Shown here: positions 1 to 9,698 of the stretch, in pieces
How positions within the stretch are numbered: position 1 is the stretch's first letter
Layout: each line of letters starts with the position of its first letter
Source of the DNA: an uncultured Clostridia bacterium
GTDB lineage: Bacteria; Bacillota; Clostridia; TANB77; CAG-508
Length of the DNA: 64,000 bases
Direction of reading: 5' to 3'
Assembly: GCA_944390965.1 (NCBI GenBank)
Contig: CALXRW010000005.1
Span: forward strand, 16-64,015
Program-made: the position numbers and the translations under genes
The notes under the pieces: model-generated
The model's input: the letters and a program-made list of their open reading frames with translations, nothing else
What the model was told of the DNA's origin: nothing
Databases searched by the model: none

Positions 1-17
1 AATTAATAATTTTTTTA

Positions 18-62
18 GGGTAATTTCTTCGTAGAACGGGCGATTAAAATCGCCCCTACACA
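18..62 (-). repeat. REP-like element copy R1 (GC hairpin GGGCGATTAAAATCGCCC followed by CTACA on + strand)
   Basis: Hairpin core 38-60. Same unit recurs at least 9 times in the window. On the minus strand it reads GTAG + hairpin. Confidence 0.85.
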
Positions 63-176
63 TTAATTATTCATTATTCACTATTCATTCTTCATTATTC
101 ATTAATTAAATTTACAACATTATCTATTTTTTTAATGAATAGTGAATAATTAATAATGAATAATTAATAATTTTTT
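61..176. repeat. AT-rich imperfect palindrome built from ATTCATTATTCA-type motifs
   Basis: Left arm ATTATTCACTATTCATT (about 74-90) is complementary to AATGAATAGTGAATAAT (134-150). A near-identical module occurs at 51863-51944. Confidence 0.75.
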
Positions 177-220
177 GGGTGATTTCTTTGTAGTAGGGGC
201 GATTAAAATCGCCCCTACAC
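177..220 (-). repeat. REP-like element copy R2
   Basis: GGGGCGATTAAAATCGCCCCTACA at 196-219. Direct repeat of 1-75, including the flanks AATTAATAATTTTTT..GGGT.ATTTCTT. Confidence 0.85.
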
Positions 221-235
221 GCTAATTATTCATTA

Positions 236-271
236 ACAAAAAAATCTCACCCTTGCGAGTGAGATTTTTTG
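236..271. terminator. Bidirectional intrinsic terminator
   Basis: Stem ATCTCAC (244-250) / GTGAGAT (259-265), flanked by an A-run upstream and a T-run downstream. Lies just past the stop of the 275..487 ORF. Confidence 0.7.
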
Positions 272-274
272 TTT

Positions 275-487
275 TCACTTCAGATTGAACACAATCCGAA
301 TTTTGTTCTTTGGCAAAAGAAACAGCATGGCTTCTTCTTTAAATTCTCTATCCAATTCAAAGAAGAGTCTTCTTTCCATGTCTTCTTCGGAGATACCAAA
401 AGATGATAGGTCTACTACTACTTCCTTCTTTCTCCTTGCCATTGCCCACATCATTCTATGGGCAACAAACATCTTCATCCTTTCCAC
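275..487 (-). CDS. Hypothetical small protein (about 70 aa)
   Basis: ORF preceded by GGAGAGGAG and followed by a terminator. No recognisable motif. Confidence 0.45.
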   Translation of the reverse strand: MERMKMFVAHRMMWAMARRKKEVVVDLSSFGISEEDMERRLFFELDREFKEEAMLFLLPKNKIRIVFNLK

Positions 488-587
488 AAGAATTCTCCTC
501 TCCTTTAAGTCGGTCCTGCAGTTAGGAATACATATAGCATATTGCTAATATAGTTATTATAGCAAAAATGCAATTTTATTTCAATAC

Positions 588-3041
588 TTAATTATTTGTT
601 ATTGGCAATACTATGATTTCATCTTTTTTTGCACTTATTTTTGCTTTAGAGCCTGCTTTTAATTTGCCGTCTAGAATTGCTTCTGCTAGTTTGTCTTCTA
701 TTTGATTTTGAATTGCTCTTCTTAGAGGTCTTGCCCCATAAGTAGTATCTGTTCCTTTTTTTGCAATTAATTCTTTTGCAGAGTCTTCTACTTGAATGGT
801 AATGTTTTGTTCTTTTAATCTATTTATTACTTCTTTTAGCATAATATCAATAATTTGTTTGATTTCTGTTTCTGTTAATTTATGAAATACAATAATTTCA
901 TCAATACGGTTAATAAATTCTGGTCTAAATTGTTTTTTTAATTCCGCCATTACTTCTTTTTTTATTTCTTCATATTCTTTTTCTTCTTTTGTGTCATTGG
1001 TTGTGAATCCCAATTGTTTATTTTCTGCAATTAGTCTTGCTCCTACATTAGATGTCATGATAATAACTGTGTTTTTAAAGTTTACAGTTCTACCTTGGCT
1101 ATCGGTTAATCTACCATCTTCTAGAATTTGTAATAGCATATTCATAACATCTGGATGTGCTTTTTCTACTTCATCAAAAAGAATAACAGAATATGGTTTT
1201 CTTCTTATTTTTTCTGTTAGCTGTCCACCATCATCAAATCCTACATATCCTGGAGGTGAACCAATTAATTTAGATACAGAATGACTTTCCATATATTCAG
1301 ACATATCTACTCGTATCATGGCATCTTCATTTCCAAATAAACTTTCTGAAATTGCTTTTGCCAACTCTGTTTTGCCAACACCTGTTGGACCTAAAAATAA
1401 GAATGAACCTATTGGACGTTTTGGGTCTTTTAAGCCTACTCTACCTCTTTTAATCGCTTTGCTAACTGCTTCTACTGCTTCATTTTGTCCTACTACTCTT
1501 TTATGTAGGTTTTCTTCTAAGTTTTTTAATTTTTCTGTTTCTGTTTGATTTATTTTTTGTACTGGAATTCCTGTCCAACTACTAATAACTTCTGCAATAT
1601 CTTCCTCTGTAATATTAACAACATTTTTTGTGTTTTTGTTTTTCCATTTTGCTTTCTCTTTTTCTAATTTTTCTTTTTCTTTTTGTTCTTTATCTCTTAG
1701 TTCTGCTGCCTTTTCAAATTCTTGTACTTTAATAGCTTCTTCTTTTTCTTTTGCTGTTGTTTTAATTGTTTCTTCTAGTTTTTTGATTTCTTCTGGTTCT
1801 GTATAAGTTTTAAGTCTAACTCTAGAAGAAGTTTCGTCAATTAAATCTATAGCTTTATCTGGCAAAAACCTATCATTAATATATCTTACTGCTAAATTTG
1901 TTGCCGCTTCTATTGCTTCATCTGAAATTTTTACATTATGATGTGCTTCGTATTTATCTCGAATGCCTTTTAAAATTTGAATGGTATCTTCTACACTTGG
2001 CTCATCTACAGTAATAGGTTGGAATCTTCTTTCTAATGCTGCATCTTTTTCAATGTATTTTCTATATTCATTTAAGGTAGTAGCACCAATTAATTGAATA
2101 TCTCCTCTTGCAAGTAATGGTTTTAAGATATTAGCAGCATCAATAGCACCCTCTGCAGAACCTGCTCCAACAATTGTATGAATTTCATCTATAAATAAAA
2201 TGACGTCTCCTGCTTTTTTTACCTCATTTAAGGATTTTTTTATTCTTTCCTCAAAGTCTCCTCTATATTTAGCTCCAGCTACCATAGAAGTAATATCTAG
2301 TGTTACTACTCTTTTATTTTTTAATATTTCTGGTACATCTCCTGCTACAATTTTTTCAGCTAATCCTTCTACAGCCGCTGTTTTTCCAACACCTGGTTCT
2401 CCTATTAAACATGGATTATTTTTGGTTCTTCTTGATAAAATTTGAATTACTCTTTCTATTTCCTTTTTTCTTCCAATAACAGGGTCTAGCTTTCCTTCTT
2501 TTGCAGCTTTTGTTAAATCATTTCCAAATTGATTTAAGGTTGGCGTAGAATTAAAGCTTCCACCTGCCTTTCCTTTTTCATTTTTATTTTCCATTTCAGC
2601 TGTGTCATATTCATTTACTACTTTTATAATCTCATTGTATAATTTCTGTGGATTTACATTTAAGTCTAGCATTATTCTAACAGCTACACTATCACCTTCT
2701 CTCATAATTCCAATTAATAAATGTTCTGTTCCTATATATTCTGAGCCTAGTCTTCTTGCTTCTACAAAAGCGTTCTCAATAACTCGTTTTGTTCTAGGTG
2801 TAAAACCAATTGCTGAATTTTCTTTTGGCTCTTCTACACCAATTAGTTCTTCTATTTTCTCCTCTACTGCTTCTGGTGTTACATTTTGATTTTCCAAGAC
2901 TTTGCTTGCTAGGCCAGTTCCTTCTTTTACAATTCCATATAATAAATGTTCTGTTCCCACATAGTTATGGCCTAATTCTGCAGCAATTTCATTGGCAATT
3001 TGAATAGCATTTTCGCTTGCATTTGTAAATTTATATGTCAT
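588..3041 (-). CDS. clpC: ATP-dependent Clp protease ATP-binding subunit ClpC
   Basis: Two N-terminal Clp repeats (YVGTEHLL / YIGTEHLL), two Walker A sites ([16 protein letters not shown]), a central UVR-like coiled coil, and last position in the ctsR operon. Start set at ATG 3041 behind AAGGAG. Confidence 0.95.
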   Translation of the reverse strand: MTYKFTNASENAIQIANEIAAELGHNYVGTEHLLYGIVKEGTGLASKVLENQNVTPEAVEEKIEELIGVEEPKENSAIGFTPRTKRVIENAFVEARRLGSEYIGTEHLLIGIMREGDSVAVRIMLDLNVNPQKLYNEIIKVVNEYDTAEMENKNEKGKAGGSFNSTPTLNQFGNDLTKAAKEGKLDPVIGRKKEIERVIQILSRRTKNNPCLIGEPGVGKTAAVEGLAEKIVAGDVPEILKNKRVVTLDITSMVAGAKYRGDFEERIKKSLNEVKKAGDVILFIDEIHTIVGAGSAEGAIDAANILKPLLARGDIQLIGATTLNEYRKYIEKDAALERRFQPITVDEPSVEDTIQILKGIRDKYEAHHNVKISDEAIEAATNLAVRYINDRFLPDKAIDLIDETSSRVRLKTYTEPEEIKKLEETIKTTAKEKEEAIKVQEFEKAAELRDKEQKEKEKLEKEKAKWKNKNTKNVVNITEEDIAEVISSWTGIPVQKINQTETEKLKNLEENLHKRVVGQNEAVEAVSKAIKRGRVGLKDPKRPIGSFLFLGPTGVGKTELAKAISESLFGNEDAMIRVDMSEYMESHSVSKLIGSPPGYVGFDDGGQLTEKIRRKPYSVILFDEVEKAHPDVMNMLLQILEDGRLTDSQGRTVNFKNTVIIMTSNVGARLIAENKQLGFTTNDTKEEKEYEEIKKEVMAELKKQFRPEFINRIDEIIVFHKLTETEIKQIIDIMLKEVINRLKEQNITIQVEDSAKELIAKKGTDTTYGARPLRRAIQNQIEDKLAEAILDGKLKAGSKAKISAKKDEIIVLPITNN

Positions 3042-3057
3042 AAGAATCAACTCCTTT

Positions 3058-4077
3058 TTATTTATTTTCTACAATTTGTTTTATCATTTTTGCTCTCTCA
3101 ATGTCTCTTTCATAATCGCCTAGTTGTTTTCCTACATATTTTTGTAAGTTAGCTTGTTTTGTATATAAATATAATTTATTTACTTGGGTATCATCTATTT
3201 CTTTAATAATACCCATATCTACTCCTAATTTTACATCTGATAATAATTTTTTACATTCCTCAGAAGTAATTTTTTGTGCATTTGTTAAGATACCATAAGC
3301 TCTATATACTCTATCTGCTAAGTCTATTTCATTTTTCCCTAAGTAGCTTCTTGCTAATCTTTCTTGCTCCATTATTTTTTCTGCAATTATTTTTTGATTT
3401 TTTAAAATTTCCTCTTCTGTAATTCCTAAAGATTGTTTATTAGATACTTGATATAAATTTCCTTGAGTATTACTTCCTTCTCCATAGATTCCTCTAATAT
3501 TCATTCCAAAGTTATTTACCACTTCTAATACTTTTTCTATATTTCCTGTTAAAGTAAGGGCTGGTAGGTGGAACATATTAGAAATTCTAAGTCCTGTACC
3601 AACATTTGTTGGACAGCTTGTTAAAAATCCATATTTTTCATTATAGGCATAGGTAATATTTTGTCCTATTTTTTTATCAATTTCCATAGCTAAATTTAAT
3701 GCATTTTCTAGTTCTAAACCTGGTGCTAATACTTGAATTCTTAAATGATCTTCTTCATTAATCATAATACAAATATTTTCTTCTTCGTTAATTAAAATAG
3801 CACCAATATCATTTCTATTTAAGGCAAAATCTGGACTAATTAAATGTTTTTCAATTAAACTCATTTTAGTAATATCGTCCATGTCTTTTAATCTAAGTAG
3901 TCTTAAACCATATCCTAGATTTGGTAAAATTTCTTCTATTTTTTCTATTATTTTTTTCCCATCTGTTTTTGTACATTTAGGCATAAAAGGAAAGTTTGCA
4001 AAATTTCTTGCGATTCTAACTCTTGTACTCGTTACCACATCGGATTCTTTTCCTGATTGTAAATACCAATTAAGCAT
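3058..4077 (-). CDS. mcsB: Protein arginine kinase McsB
   Basis: Guanido-kinase motifs NEEDHLRIQ and [10 protein letters not shown]. Sits between mcsA and clpC and overlaps mcsA by 8 nt. Confidence 0.93.
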   Translation of the reverse strand: MLNWYLQSGKESDVVTSTRVRIARNFANFPFMPKCTKTDGKKIIEKIEEILPNLGYGLRLLRLKDMDDITKMSLIEKHLISPDFALNRNDIGAILINEEENICIMINEEDHLRIQVLAPGLELENALNLAMEIDKKIGQNITYAYNEKYGFLTSCPTNVGTGLRISNMFHLPALTLTGNIEKVLEVVNNFGMNIRGIYGEGSNTQGNLYQVSNKQSLGITEEEILKNQKIIAEKIMEQERLARSYLGKNEIDLADRVYRAYGILTNAQKITSEECKKLLSDVKLGVDMGIIKEIDDTQVNKLYLYTKQANLQKYVGKQLGDYERDIERAKMIKQIVENK

Positions 4078-4612
4078 TTTCTTTTCCTCCTTTTTTCTCT
4101 AACTTTTTAATTTCATCTCTTATTTTGGCTGCTTCTTCATATTTTTCCTCTTGAATTGCTTTTTTTAATTGTGACTGTAACTGTTCTAGTTTATTTTCTT
4201 CAGGATGTATTTCTGTTTTTTCTAGCTTTATTTTGCTTGTTTTTTCTTTTCTTTTTCCTGTATATCGATTTGCACCTTGTAGCCTTTTTAAAATAGGGTC
4301 AATTCTATTTGAAAAGGTCTCATAACAATTTGCACATCCAAATTTTCCAATTTTCGTAAATTCATCATATGTCATACCACAGGTATCACATTTTTCTTGT
4401 TTTGGTAATGCTAAACTTGGCATAAAATTTAGTTCTGGTTCAAAGAAGTCTTCAAAGAAATTAGAAAAACTAAGTGGCATATTAAATTGCATATTTCCTA
4501 TTCCTAATTCTTGACTACATTTTTCACATAAATTCATTTCCTTCTTTTGTCCATTAATAATTTGTGTATATTTTACATTGGCTTCTCTTTCATGACAATG
4601 ATCACATAACAT
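4070..4612 (-). CDS. mcsA: McsA, activator of McsB (zinc-ribbon/UVR protein)
   Basis: CDHC..CEKC and CDTC..CANC zinc-ribbon pairs plus a C-terminal UVR motif (EEKYEEAAKIRDEIKKLE). ATG at 4612 preferred to TTG at 4639. Confidence 0.88.
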   Translation of the reverse strand: MLCDHCHEREANVKYTQIINGQKKEMNLCEKCSQELGIGNMQFNMPLSFSNFFEDFFEPELNFMPSLALPKQEKCDTCGMTYDEFTKIGKFGCANCYETFSNRIDPILKRLQGANRYTGKRKEKTSKIKLEKTEIHPEENKLEQLQSQLKKAIQEEKYEEAAKIRDEIKKLEKKGGKENA

Positions 4613-4631
4613 AAAAATCACATTCCTTTCT

Positions 4632-5084
4632 TTAATCAATTAAATTTAATAACATATTTTTGAAAATATTTGCTCTAATTTTATCTTTTATATCTGTATT
4701 TATCATTAGTACATTATCACTTGTTGCTACTTTTAATAGTTTTGCTTCTTTTTCGGAAATCATATTATAAGATAAAAAGTTATTAATAAAAATATCTACT
4801 TCATTTGCAGATATGCTATCTCCTAAAGTAGTAATAATATGCATAAAGTAGTTACTTTTGGTAATATTAATTTTTTTAATCTTAATACTCCCTCCTCCAC
4901 CTCTTTTACTTTCTACATAATATCCTTGTTTTGGTGTAAATCTTGTAGAAATGACATAATTAATTTGAGATGGTACACAGCCAAAGTGTTCTGCTAAGTC
5001 ATTTCTTTGAATTTCTATAAGATTGGCATCTTGTTCATCGAATAGCTCTTTGATAAAATCTTCTATTATATCTGCAATTCTCAT
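4632..5084 (-). CDS. ctsR: Class III stress-gene repressor CtsR
   Basis: First gene of the mcsA-mcsB-clpC operon. Has the VPSQINYVISTRF helix and the glycine loop KRGGGGSI typical of CtsR. Its own operator lies upstream. Confidence 0.9.
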   Translation of the reverse strand: MRIADIIEDFIKELFDEQDANLIEIQRNDLAEHFGCVPSQINYVISTRFTPKQGYYVESKRGGGGSIKIKKINITKSNYFMHIITTLGDSISANEVDIFINNFLSYNMISEKEAKLLKVATSDNVLMINTDIKDKIRANIFKNMLLNLID

Positions 5085-5097
5085 TTCTTCATCTCCT

Positions 5098-5120
5098 TTT
5101 GACTTTGACTTTCTTTGACC
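5098..5120 (-). promoter_or_regulatory. CtsR operator (three GTCAAA heptads)
   Basis: Minus strand reads GGTCAAAGAAAGTCAAAGTCAAA, an exact match to A/GGTCAAANANA/GGTCAAA plus a third heptad. It abuts the ctsR SD, downstream of a TTTGAA-17-TATAAT promoter (-10 at 5131-5136, -35 at 5154-5159). Confidence 0.85.
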
Positions 5121-5143
5121 TACGTTTATAATTATACCACGTT

Positions 5144-5180
5144 TAAAAAAACATTCAAATCTGAAATTTGAATGTTTTTT
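5144..5180 (-). terminator. Intrinsic terminator of the small upstream gene
   Basis: Stem AACATTCAAAT (5150-5160) / ATTTGAATGTT (5166-5176), followed by a T-run in minus-strand sense. Confidence 0.7.
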
Positions 5181-5191
5181 GTTAAATTTTA

Positions 5192-5398
5192 TTATTTTTC
5201 TTTATTTTTAAGATTTATCTCATTATTTCTAGCTTTATTATTGTTTTTGGTTATTTTTTGCATTTTTTCTGCTTGTTCTTTTTGTTTTTCAATTGGCAAC
5301 CAATGATGATAAGAACAAACAAATTCACCATAAAGAGTAGCATCTTCCCCTATTTCTTCTTTGAATTTATCTTTCGTAATCTCTTTTTCTTTGCTCAT
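5192..5398 (-). CDS. Hypothetical small charged protein (68 aa)
   Basis: ORF with GAGGTG 6 nt upstream of ATG 5398. No known motif. Confidence 0.5.
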   Translation of the reverse strand: MSKEKEITKDKFKEEIGEDATLYGEFVCSYHHWLPIEKQKEQAEKMQKITKNNNKARNNEINLKNKEK

Positions 5399-5438
5399 AC
5401 ATAACACCTCATTATTGTTATGTACAAATTTTATTTTT

Positions 5439-7178
5439 TTATTCTTCTAAATATTGTTTTACAACTTCCCATACACTTTCGTCTTCTCTGTCTTTTGCCC
5501 AGAATGCAACTCCACCTAATTCGTATTCTCTTGCTAAGTTTAATTTTTCTTGAATAGATTGATTATCTTCTATCCACATTTTATAAGTTGTACTTCCATT
5601 ATTATACTCTATATAATTTTGTTTAGTTTCTTCATTCCATACTCTTTCTACTGAGCTTGGAAATCTTCTGCTAATATAGCTTTCTGTGTCTGTCATATCT
5701 ATAACATCACTATCTAAGTCCTCTCCTTCTGTTTCGTACCAAACTCTTGTATAGAATGGAATTCCTAATATCATCTTTTCTTTTGGAACGCCTTCTTGTT
5801 TGCCTACAAATTTATCTAATGCTAATTTTATCCAATCATATCCTGCTACACTTCCTGCTACTGTACTACTTTCTCCATGCTGATCATATCCCATAAAAAT
5901 CATGTAATCTACATTTTTAGCCAAATTATATCTATCAAAACATTGTGACCAAGTTTCTCCTCCATCTGGTGCTGTTACATCAACAGATAGTGTCATTCCA
6001 TAGTCTTTTAATCTTGGTGCTAATTCTATAATAAATCTTGTAAATAAGTCTTTGTCTTCCATATACATATTTTCAAAGTCAATATTTATACCATCGACTC
6101 CATATTTTACTGCTAAATCCACAATTCCTTTAATTGTTTTTTCTCTTAATTTAAAGTCATTCATAATTTCACTAGTTGTTTCAATCATAGATTCATTAGA
6201 AAACAAAGCCCAAACTTCATATCCTTGTTCTTTTGCCCATTCTACATAGGCTTGACCTTCTTCTCCTGCTTTGTCTATGATATCTCCTTGTCCTAATCTT
6301 TTTAAAGCAAAAAATGTTGGTGATACCACATTTATTCCTTCAATTGTTGTTCCACTTCTGTCTGGTGCTGTTACATATTCGGAGTAATAATCCCATACCA
6401 AGCTTACTTTTTGCAATTTTTCTTCCTCTGGCATTTCTTCTCTTACAGAAATTATGTTAGCAAGCTTGTTTTCTTTAACATAACCGATTTTTCCTCTTTC
6501 TGTCCTAATTTCTGCCCATCCATCTTCTGAAGTAGATATTAATACCACTTTTTCTCCTTGTTCTACTTTATCTACTGTTCTAGAAAAGAATTTCATCCTA
6601 GATTTTACACTTAAGTTTTTAGAAGCATCTGCTTTTTGTTGAGCTCTATCTAAAGAGTCTAGCAATAAAATATCTGTTTCTTCTATATAGGTTGCTTCCA
6701 TATGATAAACATCTTGTAATTCATAAATTGGCAAATAATAAGTATCATCCTTTTGAATAACCGGAGCTGCAGTTCTCATAATACTATCATTTACTTTTAT
6801 TTCATTTTCCCCTACTACCATAACCCCAATTTTGTTATTATCTGTTGTAATAATTTGGTTGTATTGTTCGTCATAATAAATAAATGCATCATAAAAGTTC
6901 TCTAAATCCTCCATTGACAAATAAATATTTCCTTCTTCGTCAATATATACTTCTTTTTTTAGGTGTGCTGTGATATTATTGTTGTTAATAATTACATTAG
7001 TTCTGTCTGTAATTTCTTCATTTTTATAATTTGGTGAAATTACCAAAATAAATGCAACAATAGCAAGTGCAATTAGCACTACAATTCCTTTTGTAATGTA
7101 ATTTCCTCTACTTTTTCTTTCTTTTCCATGTTTATTTTTTACAGGTTTTTCTTTGTTTATTTTGTTATTTTCTTCCAT
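5439..7178 (-). CDS. Membrane-anchored glycoside hydrolase family 18 protein (YaaH/YdhD-like peptidoglycan/chitin hydrolase)
   Basis: N-terminal TM segment, an SH3-like segment (GWAEIRTERGKIGYV), and the GH18 catalytic motif DGINIDFE with TIM-barrel-like repeats. Confidence 0.8.
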   Translation of the reverse strand: MEENNKINKEKPVKNKHGKERKSRGNYITKGIVVLIALAIVAFILVISPNYKNEEITDRTNVIINNNNITAHLKKEVYIDEEGNIYLSMEDLENFYDAFIYYDEQYNQIITTDNNKIGVMVVGENEIKVNDSIMRTAAPVIQKDDTYYLPIYELQDVYHMEATYIEETDILLLDSLDRAQQKADASKNLSVKSRMKFFSRTVDKVEQGEKVVLISTSEDGWAEIRTERGKIGYVKENKLANIISVREEMPEEEKLQKVSLVWDYYSEYVTAPDRSGTTIEGINVVSPTFFALKRLGQGDIIDKAGEEGQAYVEWAKEQGYEVWALFSNESMIETTSEIMNDFKLREKTIKGIVDLAVKYGVDGINIDFENMYMEDKDLFTRFIIELAPRLKDYGMTLSVDVTAPDGGETWSQCFDRYNLAKNVDYMIFMGYDQHGESSTVAGSVAGYDWIKLALDKFVGKQEGVPKEKMILGIPFYTRVWYETEGEDLDSDVIDMTDTESYISRRFPSSVERVWNEETKQNYIEYNNGSTTYKMWIEDNQSIQEKLNLAREYELGGVAFWAKDREDESVWEVVKQYLEE

Positions 7179-7382
7179 TTACTTGCTCCTCTATTTTATT
7201 TTTCTATTTTAATTACTATATCATAAAAGTATTTTTTAGTGAATATATTTTTATAAAATTTTTTACAAAAAATTTTTTCGTGTTTTAATGCAAATTTTTT
7301 AAAATCTCTTTCCTTTTTTTATATTTTATTGTATAATATTAATGTTAAGTGTCGATTTTTCAAATAAAGGAGGGTAATTTTC

Positions 7383-7823
7383 ATGTGGATTGTTTGGCTA
7401 ATCGCTGCAGGTGTCTTTTTTATAGGCGAGATTATTACGGTTGGCTTTTTAATTTTTTGGTTTGGTGTAGGAAGTTTATTCGCTATGATTACTAGTTTTA
7501 TTTTTCCAGATAATATCTTATTGCAAAGCATTGTATTCCTTGTTTCATCAACCATTTTAATTCTTTGCACAAAACCAATTGTAAATAAGTATATCTCAAA
7601 GAAATCAGTTCCTACCAATGTTTATTCTGTAGTAGGAAAAATAGGTATTGTAACAAAACCTATTTCATTTGAAGAACCTGGGCAAGTTAAAGTAGACGGT
7701 GAAACATGGACAGCAGTTTCCAAAGATTCTTCTACAATTGAAAAAGACACAGAGGTTACTGTTCATGAAATTGATGGTGTGAAACTTATTGTTTCCCCTG
7801 TTCCAGTAGCACAAAATAAATAG
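7383..7823 (+). CDS. NfeD-family membrane protein
   Basis: Three N-terminal TM helices plus a C-terminal OB-like domain (GQVKVDGETWTA). Immediately upstream of the SPFH gene. Confidence 0.85.
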   Translation: MWIVWLIAAGVFFIGEIITVGFLIFWFGVGSLFAMITSFIFPDNILLQSIVFLVSSTILILCTKPIVNKYISKKSVPTNVYSVVGKIGIVTKPISFEEPGQVKVDGETWTAVSKDSSTIEKDTEVTVHEIDGVKLIVSPVPVAQNK

Positions 7824-7834
7824 GAGGTTTTAAG

Positions 7835-8749
7835 ATGATTCCTGTCATTATTCTTTTAGTTATTGTTTTAATTATTGCATTTAAAACAATTAAAATTGTT
7901 AGACAGTCTGAAGTATACATTATAGAAAGATTAGGTAAATTTCATAAAATAGCAGATGCTGGTCTTACCATTATTATTCCATTTTTTGATCATGTAAGAA
8001 GTGTAGTAAGTTTAAAGCAACAAACAATGGATATTCCACCTCAAGGTGTAATTACACAAGATAATGTTACCATTACTATTGACACTGTTGTGTTCTACCA
8101 AATTACTGATCCTGCAAAAGCAGTTTATGAAATTCAATCTTTGAAAAAAGGTATTGAATATCTTGCCATTACTACCATTCGTGATATTGTTGGTAAAATG
8201 GATTTAGATGCAACCTTTAGTTCAAGAGATGCCATCAATGATAAATTAAGAATTATTCTTGATGAAGCCACAGATAAATGGGGTTGTAAAATTGATAGGG
8301 TAGAAATTAAAGATATTACCCCACCTCCAGACATTCGTGATGCCATGGAAAAACAAATGAATGCAGAAAGAAATAAAAGAGCTTTAATTCTTCAAGCTGA
8401 AGGTGAAAGACAATCTGCTATTACTATTGCTGAAGGTCAAAAAGAAGCTGCTATTTTAGAGGCAGAAGCTGATAGAGAATCTAAAATTAGAAGAGCTGCC
8501 GGTGAAGCAGATGCTATTAAAAAAGTAGCTGAAGCAAAAGCAAAAGAAATTCAAATGGTTTATGAAGCAATTAAGAGTGCCAGCCCTGATGATAAATTAG
8601 TTCAATTAAAATCTTTGGAAGCATTAGAAGAAGTTGCTAAAGGTGAAGCAAATAAAATCTTTATCCCATTTGAAGCTACAGCTAGTTTAGCAAGTTTAGG
8701 TGCTATTAGCAATGTGATGAAAGATGAAGAAAAAAAGAAAAAATCTTAA
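7835..8749 (+). CDS. SPFH/Band 7 (stomatin-like, QmcA-type) protein
   Basis: TM anchor, an SPFH core (VITQDNVTITIDTVVFYQI, RVEIKDITPP) and an alanine/glutamate-rich coiled tail. Confidence 0.9.
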   Translation: MIPVIILLVIVLIIAFKTIKIVRQSEVYIIERLGKFHKIADAGLTIIIPFFDHVRSVVSLKQQTMDIPPQGVITQDNVTITIDTVVFYQITDPAKAVYEIQSLKKGIEYLAITTIRDIVGKMDLDATFSSRDAINDKLRIILDEATDKWGCKIDRVEIKDITPPPDIRDAMEKQMNAERNKRALILQAEGERQSAITIAEGQKEAAILEAEADRESKIRRAAGEADAIKKVAEAKAKEIQMVYEAIKSASPDDKLVQLKSLEALEEVAKGEANKIFIPFEATASLASLGAISNVMKDEEKKKKS

Positions 8750-8765
8750 AATACATTAAGTATAT

Positions 8766-8798
8766 AATTTTAGGTCGACCAAAGTGTCGACCTAAAAT
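8766..8798 (+). terminator. Intrinsic terminator after the SPFH gene
   Basis: Perfect 14-bp stem AATTTTAGGTCGAC / GTCGACCTAAAATT. Confidence 0.7.
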
Positions 8799-8852
8799 TA
8801 TGATATATACTCATTATAAAATACGAAATCCAAAAGGAGTGATAAAAGTAAA

Positions 8853-9215
8853 ATGAATATTGCATTATTGAAAAAAGATTTATATCAATTCAGGTTTGCT
8901 ATTATTGCTATTTTTCTCTATTTTATTTTTACACAACTTCTTTTTGGAACAGTATGTCCTTTTAGAATATTATTCAATTTTCCTTGTCCTGCCTGTGGAT
9001 TAACGCATGCAAGCATTGCCTTATTATGCGGAAATTTTATTCAAGCGTTCCAATATAATATTACTGTTGTTTTTTGGTGGATTCTCATCATTTTATTTAT
9101 AATTGATAGATATTTTTATAAATTAAAATTTAAAGTATTTCCAACTTTATTTATTATTGTTGGAATTTTAACACTCCTATTGTATGTCATTCGTATCTCT
9201 TCTTATATAGTATGA
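8853..9215 (+). CDS. DUF2752-family membrane protein
   Basis: Motif CPFRILFNFPCPACGLTHA followed by three TM helices. Confidence 0.7.
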   Translation: MNIALLKKDLYQFRFAIIAIFLYFIFTQLLFGTVCPFRILFNFPCPACGLTHASIALLCGNFIQAFQYNITVVFWWILIILFIIDRYFYKLKFKVFPTLFIIVGILTLLLYVIRISSYIV

Positions 9216-9239
9216 TATGAATATAAAGGATTATTTTGC

Positions 9240-9698
9240 TTATTTTTTTATGTGGAAAATATTTTTTATTTTATTTATAATTCTTGCAAATATTGATTTT
9301 TTATATGGTATCATTGCAGTTTCATTTGCTATTTGTTCTTCTACATTTTTTGTTTCTTGTTTTTGCTTTTTGAAAATATTATCTGGGTTATATCTTTCTC
9401 TAAGTTCTAATTGATATTTTTCTTCATTGTTTTTTAAAATGTTATTTATTTCCGCAACTTCATTTTCATCTTCACACCAGTAATTTAAATATAATAATAC
9501 AATGATAGCCATGGTTTCTTTTCTTATATTTTGTTCATTTAAAGGCAAATCTTCTGTATATTGTGGATTATAATTGATTGCTCTTTTTTCCTTTAACATA
9601 TTCATTAATGTAGCTGGCAATTTTTCTGTATATTCAGTTCCTAATAAATTTAATATCTGATATACTTCTGAATAAATTTCTTTGGTTTCTACTTTCAT
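9240..9698 (-). CDS. Hypothetical protein (152 aa)
   Basis: Translationally coupled (ATGA overlap at 9695-9698) to the upstream 471-aa ORF. No catalytic motif recognised. Confidence 0.6.
   Translation of the reverse strand: MKVETKEIYSEVYQILNLLGTEYTEKLPATLMNMLKEKRAINYNPQYTEDLPLNEQNIRKETMAIIVLLYLNYWCEDENEVAEINNILKNNEEKYQLELRERYNPDNIFKKQKQETKNVEEQIANETAMIPYKKSIFARIINKIKNIFHIKK

Noticed and set aside
1-235. Possible CRISPR array, suggested by direct repeats containing a palindromic GC core
   Set aside because: There are only two direct copies here. The spacing is about 160 bp and is filled by a palindrome shared with another locus. The same repeat is dispersed singly across the window, and no cas genes are present.
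991-2889. Four + strand ORFs (991-1284, 1318-1548, 2200-2445, 2602-2889) inside clpC
   Set aside because: They lie entirely within, and antisense to, a highly conserved CDS. Their S/F/P-rich composition is typical of shadow frames in AT-rich DNA. They have no RBS.
7319-7618. 99-aa minus-strand ORF overlapping the nfeD start
   Set aside because: It is antisense to the NfeD TM region and runs into the divergent promoter region. It has no SD.
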